20,000 bases of DNA from an uncultured virus (IMG/VR IMGVR_UViG_3300033273_000398) (taxonomy: Duplodnaviria; Heunggongvirae; Uroviricota; Caudoviricetes): the IMG/VR virus record IMGVR_UViG_3300033273_000398; one strand, given 5' to 3'. The notes below the pieces were generated by a model. That model was not told where the DNA came from. It ran no database searches and saw nothing but the letters and a program-made list of their open reading frames with translations. Shown here piece by piece: positions 16,378 through 20,000 of the stretch (within the stretch, counting starts at the first letter, position 1; each line of letters opens with the position of its first letter). The translations under genes and the position numbers were made by a program.

Positions 16378-16736
16378 ACTTACAAGATATCATAGTAGAG
16401 TATATTGGTCAATGGGGATGGCTATTAGCAGCAGCTATAGCCACATTCTCGTTTAAGGATGCTATAGGTAATTTTGTTATAGGAGTACAGTTCCTATGGG
16501 GAAATGACTTTAACGTTGATGACATCGTGTTTATTAGAGGTAATAAGCGCGCTAGAATAGTAAGGCAGAACATCTGGAAAACCACATTCTATGTTTTTGG
16601 GCACGGCAGAAAGTTTATAGTGCCTAATAATATGCTCTGGAAGCTTGAAATTGAAAAGGACATCGACGCAAAGAAGTTTGATAGAGAAGACTTAGTAAGA
16701 TTTGTAAAACACGTCAATAAAACCAAAAAGATATGA
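16374..16736 (+). CDS. Minimal MscS-family mechanosensitive channel-like protein
   Basis: FKDAIGNFVIGV (TM3b-like), FNVDDIVFI, RQNIWKTTF, FIVPNNML match the MscS middle beta domain; only 120 aa. Confidence 0.7.
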   Translation: MNLQDIIVEYIGQWGWLLAAAIATFSFKDAIGNFVIGVQFLWGNDFNVDDIVFIRGNKRARIVRQNIWKTTFYVFGHGRKFIVPNNMLWKLEIEKDIDAKKFDREDLVRFVKHVNKTKKI

Positions 16737-17329
16737 GGCATATTAAAGAATACGACGATTTTCTAAATGAAAAGAAGCCGTACCATGCTTCTAAAATCAT
16801 TGTCTTTGACCTTGATGATACTCTTGTCATTACTGATGCAAAGATTAAGGTATATGACAGAAATAGTGGTGAGAGCTATAGTATGACACCTGAGGAGTTT
16901 AACGATTATGAAAGACAGCCACACCATGAAGTAGACTTTGGTGACTTTAAGTCATTAGAGATTATGAAAGCAGGAAGGCTTATCGAGTATTATCTAAAAA
17001 TATTTAAGGATGCATACAGGATGAAGTTAGCTGTAGGTATAGTTACAGCTCGTGATGATAGAGAAATGATTTACAAGTGGCTTAGAGAGCACGTGGGCTA
17101 TAGAATAGACAAAGATCTTATATTTGCAGTAAACGATCCCGTTCATAAGTTTAAAGGAGATATTTCAGATAGAAAAAAGGCTGCATTTAGAGAGCTTATA
17201 GATATGGGATATAGAGATCTTCAATTTTACGATGATGATAAGAAGAATCTAAAGTTAGTAAAGTCTCTTGAAAAAGAATACGCTGATGTTAAAATATATA
17301 CCATAAAGGCCCAAAAACCAGTAGTATGA
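16733..17329 (+). CDS. HAD-superfamily phosphatase with MRHIKEYDDFLNE leader
   Basis: VFDLDDTL (motif I), IVTAR (II), RKK (III), FYDDDKKNL (IV). Confidence 0.85.
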   Translation: MRHIKEYDDFLNEKKPYHASKIIVFDLDDTLVITDAKIKVYDRNSGESYSMTPEEFNDYERQPHHEVDFGDFKSLEIMKAGRLIEYYLKIFKDAYRMKLAVGIVTARDDREMIYKWLREHVGYRIDKDLIFAVNDPVHKFKGDISDRKKAAFRELIDMGYRDLQFYDDDKKNLKLVKSLEKEYADVKIYTIKAQKPVV

Positions 17330-18468
17330 ATACATTTAACGACATAAGAGCTAGAATAGCTGCCGGAATGCTAAACGAAGACTTCCAAAGTGCTCTGGAT
17401 AGAATTACAAGTAAGGCTAAAGAAATTGATTCTATGGATCAAGCACACCAAGACGTCATTACAAATAAGTTAAAGGACACTGCTGACTATATAGATAATT
17501 TTGGCCCTATTACGGCACTAAAAGACTATTTTGTAGAAACTAAGGGATTTAGTGAAGGCGATTGGACTAAAATTGAAAAAATGGTTCAAAAGCTAGATTC
17601 TAAATCAATAGAATCGTTTGTAAAATACGTTAAGAAACCTGTTACCGTCGACTATTTTACTAAAATGTCTAAGTCTACTGATGTGGTTGCATCTATGAGC
17701 AAAGACTTTGGTTTAGATAAAAATGTAACTGCAACTTTATTTAACACGGCTGGTGAAATGAAGTCAGGTAAAGGTGTTGGTAAGGGTGAGTTATTTTTAG
17801 GCTTTATGATTGATGGTGCAACTAATGCATCTACCGGTGATGTTAATGTAAATGGAACTCCATTTGAGGTAAAGGGTTTGGATGCAAGGCTAAATACACA
17901 GAACGGATTTGGTTTAGGTAGTGCTGCGTTTAATAGTTTCTTTAATGCTTTAGAAGGTAGTAAGGCCTTTAAAGGATTTGCTGAAAAATACGGTACTAAG
18001 GATAAGAAGAATGTTCAGTCTTATAACTTTTACAGAGGAAAGAATAAAATAACAGGTAATAATGGTTCACGCCTATATGACCTATTTGCTGAAGTTCCTG
18101 ATAGGTACCATGATGATTTAATTGACATGATCGCAAATACTGTATTTTGTGGACCTTCCGGCATATGGAAAAACGGACAACAATTTGTTAAAGACGTAAA
18201 GAAGGCTCTTAAGCCACTCACAAAGGGGTACAATGTAGCTTCTGATACCATGATGAACTATGAGTTAGTTTGGATTAACATGAAGTATTATCAATCGCAA
18301 GAGTATTTTGATGGTATATTTGTTGTTCATCCTACTAAAGGTACATTAGCATATTTGCAAGTTGGTAATAAAAATATGGCGTCTTGGCTTTCTAAAAACG
18401 TTAAGTATACACAGCCTAGTTGGCAGGATAATCCAACATCAAATTGCTGGAAAATAACGTTAAAGTAA
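17326..18468 (+). CDS. PD-(D/E)XK restriction-endonuclease-fold protein
   Basis: GKGELFL..GDVNVNGTPFEVKG (E..D..EVK catalytic arrangement). Confidence 0.6.
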   Translation: MNTFNDIRARIAAGMLNEDFQSALDRITSKAKEIDSMDQAHQDVITNKLKDTADYIDNFGPITALKDYFVETKGFSEGDWTKIEKMVQKLDSKSIESFVKYVKKPVTVDYFTKMSKSTDVVASMSKDFGLDKNVTATLFNTAGEMKSGKGVGKGELFLGFMIDGATNASTGDVNVNGTPFEVKGLDARLNTQNGFGLGSAAFNSFFNALEGSKAFKGFAEKYGTKDKKNVQSYNFYRGKNKITGNNGSRLYDLFAEVPDRYHDDLIDMIANTVFCGPSGIWKNGQQFVKDVKKALKPLTKGYNVASDTMMNYELVWINMKYYQSQEYFDGIFVVHPTKGTLAYLQVGNKNMASWLSKNVKYTQPSWQDNPTSNCWKITLK

Positions 18469-18498
18469 GCTACCGGACTAATTAACAGCTAAATTGTT

Positions 18499-18528
18499 AA
18501 AAAAGTGTGCAGAAATGCGCGCTTTTTT
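18499..18528 (+). terminator. Rho-independent terminator
   Basis: AAAAAAGTGTGCA-GAAA-TGCGCGCTTTTTT; GNRA loop; G-U pairs on the + strand. Confidence 0.8.
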
Positions 18529-18538
18529 CATATTAGTC

Positions 18539-18546
18539 GATATATA
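18539..18546 (+). promoter_or_regulatory. Putative late-promoter motif GATATATA followed by a TTGAGA/TCTCAA hairpin (18549-18565)
   Basis: Lies immediately after a terminator; recurring motif. Confidence 0.55.
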
Positions 18547-18588
18547 AATTGAGAGAACATCTCAAAAATCAAAAATATCTTCTAAGCT

Positions 18589-18741
18589 ATGGACGACATC
18601 ATTTCAGAGGTAGGCCTCAACCCTGAAATGAAGTCTAAGAAAACCGTTCAGTCTTTAGATATTCGCAAAGTCCTCGAAATTGGGAATATTTTAGATGAAG
18701 ACGCAATCTGGGTTAGTTTCGGTGTTGGCGGCCCGGCTTAA
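18589..18741 (+). CDS. 50-aa peptide MDDIISEVGLNPEMKSKKTVQSLDIRKVLEIGNILDEDAIWVSFGVGGPA*; not in the ORF track
   Basis: Own translation; bracketed by a promoter motif and a terminator. Confidence 0.65.
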   Translation: MDDIISEVGLNPEMKSKKTVQSLDIRKVLEIGNILDEDAIWVSFGVGGPA

Positions 18742-18750
18742 AGCAACTTA

Positions 18751-18779
18751 AAGGACGCGAAAGCGTCCTTTTTGTTTTT
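18751..18779 (+). terminator. Rho-independent terminator
   Basis: AAGGACGC-GAAA-GCGTCCTT followed by TTTGTTTTT. Confidence 0.9.
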
Positions 18780-18783
18780 CTTA

Positions 18784-18792
18784 GATATATAG
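18784..18792 (+). promoter_or_regulatory. Putative late-promoter motif GATATATAG
   Basis: Directly after a terminator, only 3 nt before the ATG at 18796. Confidence 0.5.
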
Positions 18793-18795
18793 TAG

Positions 18796-19155
18796 ATGAG
18801 ACACATTATCCTCTACTTTCTTTTAGCTATAACAGCTACAATGTCCTCACAGGTGGTTTACGAGACTAAAGATATTGATAAGGCTAGATATGTTTGCTAT
18901 GTCACTGATAATCCGTATGAGGCAGATTGGCATATATTCATTAATGATTGGAGAAGATATGTTTTCTCAAACCATGGTAATTGGTACTGGACTGATAATC
19001 CAAGTGAGACGTACTACTGGATTTATTTCACTGAAAATAAAACAGAAGGGTGCGAGCGCAATAGAATAGTATACTTTGTTGATAATAAGTTCGATGTTAA
19101 GTTTGATAGGCCAAGCCGCCGTAAGATCAAAAAGAAGCTAGAAGCTTGTAAATAA
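18796..19155 (+). CDS. Exported DUF6150-like protein (Bacteroidota V-Y/F-x-T-D...A-D repeat family)
   Basis: Signal peptide MSS|QV; repeats VVYETKDIDKA / CYVTDNPYEAD / GNWYWTDNPSET / IYFTENKTEG / VYFVDNKFDV. Confidence 0.65.
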   Translation: MRHIILYFLLAITATMSSQVVYETKDIDKARYVCYVTDNPYEADWHIFINDWRRYVFSNHGNWYWTDNPSETYYWIYFTENKTEGCERNRIVYFVDNKFDVKFDRPSRRKIKKKLEACK

Positions 19156-19169
19156 GAAATATATAGATT

Positions 19170-19448
19170 ATGAAACATTTAAAGAACTATAGAAGCTTCT
19201 TAAATGAAGCTAAAATCAATTGGAAACAATTTCGTAAAGAAATGCAGCGAATTCCACTAGATGCGTGGGAAGTTGTTTGGGGAGAGGATGGTGCTGATGG
19301 TTACCGCAATGTCGCCGCTGAATATAAAGGTAAGTACTATTTGTCTTACGGTGGTGTAGTTAGTGCTGGCTCAGACTTAGAAGATGTTGATTTAGATATG
19401 GGCGGAGAGCCGCTATCTAAAGAAGAATATGATAATCTAGAATTCTAA
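19170..19448 (+). CDS. Hypothetical protein with MKHLKNYRSFLNE leader (putative internal virion protein)
   Basis: Shared N-terminal motif; AATATATAG upstream (19158-19166). Confidence 0.7.
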   Translation: MKHLKNYRSFLNEAKINWKQFRKEMQRIPLDAWEVVWGEDGADGYRNVAAEYKGKYYLSYGGVVSAGSDLEDVDLDMGGEPLSKEEYDNLEF

Positions 19449-19466
19449 AACTACAATATAGAGAAA

Positions 19467-19820
19467 ATGAAGCATTTAAAACTATTTGAAGGCTTTTTAA
19501 ATGAAAGCCAGGTTGGATTTGAAGTTGTCTGGAAAGACGAGGACAAAGAAAGCCATGCAGTTGTATTGGCAGACATCAAAGATGCTGAAGATAAGTTTAA
19601 GCAGCTTCAGAAAGATGATGTAATTACTGTTCAGATCAATAAACTAACCAAGAGATCCACTAGCTTTAGTGAAGAAGAGCAAGATCGTTGGGTCAACAAG
19701 GATCCTAAGTTCCGTAGCTACTTAAACTCTCGCATGTCAACTGAAGATGTAAAAAAGCACATGGCCTTTTTGAAGCTTAGAAACCAGGCTAGAGAAAACT
19801 TCTTTAGAAAAAACAAGTAA
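19467..19820 (+). CDS. Hypothetical protein with MKHLKLFEGFLNE leader (putative internal virion protein)
   Basis: Shared N-terminal motif. Confidence 0.7.
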   Translation: MKHLKLFEGFLNESQVGFEVVWKDEDKESHAVVLADIKDAEDKFKQLQKDDVITVQINKLTKRSTSFSEEEQDRWVNKDPKFRSYLNSRMSTEDVKKHMAFLKLRNQARENFFRKNK

Positions 19821-19826
19821 TATAAT

Positions 19827-20000
19827 ATGAGACACCTAAAACTATTCGAAGAATTTGTAACTGAAGGCACCTGGTCTATGGGTAGTGCTGAAGCAGTTGA
19901 GGATATGATCGGTCAGCTTGAGGGAATGCTTAAGCTTAAAGATTGCAAAAAGATTCTTAAGGCATTAGACAAGAATTTCTATGATAGAGCTTACAAAGTA
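19827..20000 (+). CDS. Partial protein with MRHLKLFEEFVTE leader; runs off the window
   Basis: Own translation MRHLKLFEEFVTEGTWSMGSAEAVEDMIGQLEGMLKLKDCKKILKALDKNFYDRAYKV..; open to the window end. Confidence 0.75.
   Translation, partial: MRHLKLFEEFVTEGTWSMGSAEAVEDMIGQLEGMLKLKDCKKILKALDKNFYDRAYKV

Noticed and set aside
131..19069. Minus-strand and nested alternative-frame ORFs in the track (e.g. 1111-1344, 6826-7176, 10406-10606, 11795-12142, 18875-19069)
   Set aside because: They lie within or almost within well-supported + strand genes and show no recognisable motifs; shadow ORFs.
1..20000. Stop-codon reassignment as seen in some Bacteroidota phages
   Set aside because: Genes tile densely under the standard code, and TAA, TGA and TAG (e.g. 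16027-16029) all end intact genes.
1..20000. Ordinary Flavobacteriia chromosome
   Set aside because: Despite many host-like genes, there are no housekeeping operons, and the single-strand tiling of short orphans, phage exonuclease, endolysin and capsid-targeting-like leaders favour a phage. Not formally excluded, because no structural hallmark gene lies in the window.

Overview
An AT-rich, densely packed window with all credible genes on the + strand. It is most consistent with a large T4-like/jumbo phage infecting Bacteroidota (Flavobacteriia-like). Phage-type evidence: a PD-(D/E)XK exonuclease, a PG-binding + amidase endolysin, the 'GLGD..CGC' small phage protein, repeated MKHLKxF/Y..FLNE N-termini resembling T4 capsid-targeting signals, and a recurring GATA(T/A)ATA late-promoter-like motif. 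Host evidence: T9SS sorting domains, Gln(+1) signal peptides, and A-rich starts largely lacking Shine-Dalgarno sequences. The most striking content is a ~7 kb cluster (839-7900) of apparent type IX secretion system (T9SS) cargo: two paralogous M43 zinc proteases with type A-like CTDs, a 952-aa Cys/Asp-rich repeat protein with a type B CTD, and a small lipoprotein consisting almost only of a type B CTD-like domain. Other host-like genes include a PiT phosphate transporter with a small beta-barrel, a secreted nuclease, a minimal MscS, an Hc1 histone-like protein, thioredoxin and an acyl-CoA thioesterase. There is also a highly structured ~430-nt non-coding region (14578-15004) and several small ORFs missing from the ORF track. 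All calls come from reading motifs by eye; no database search was run.
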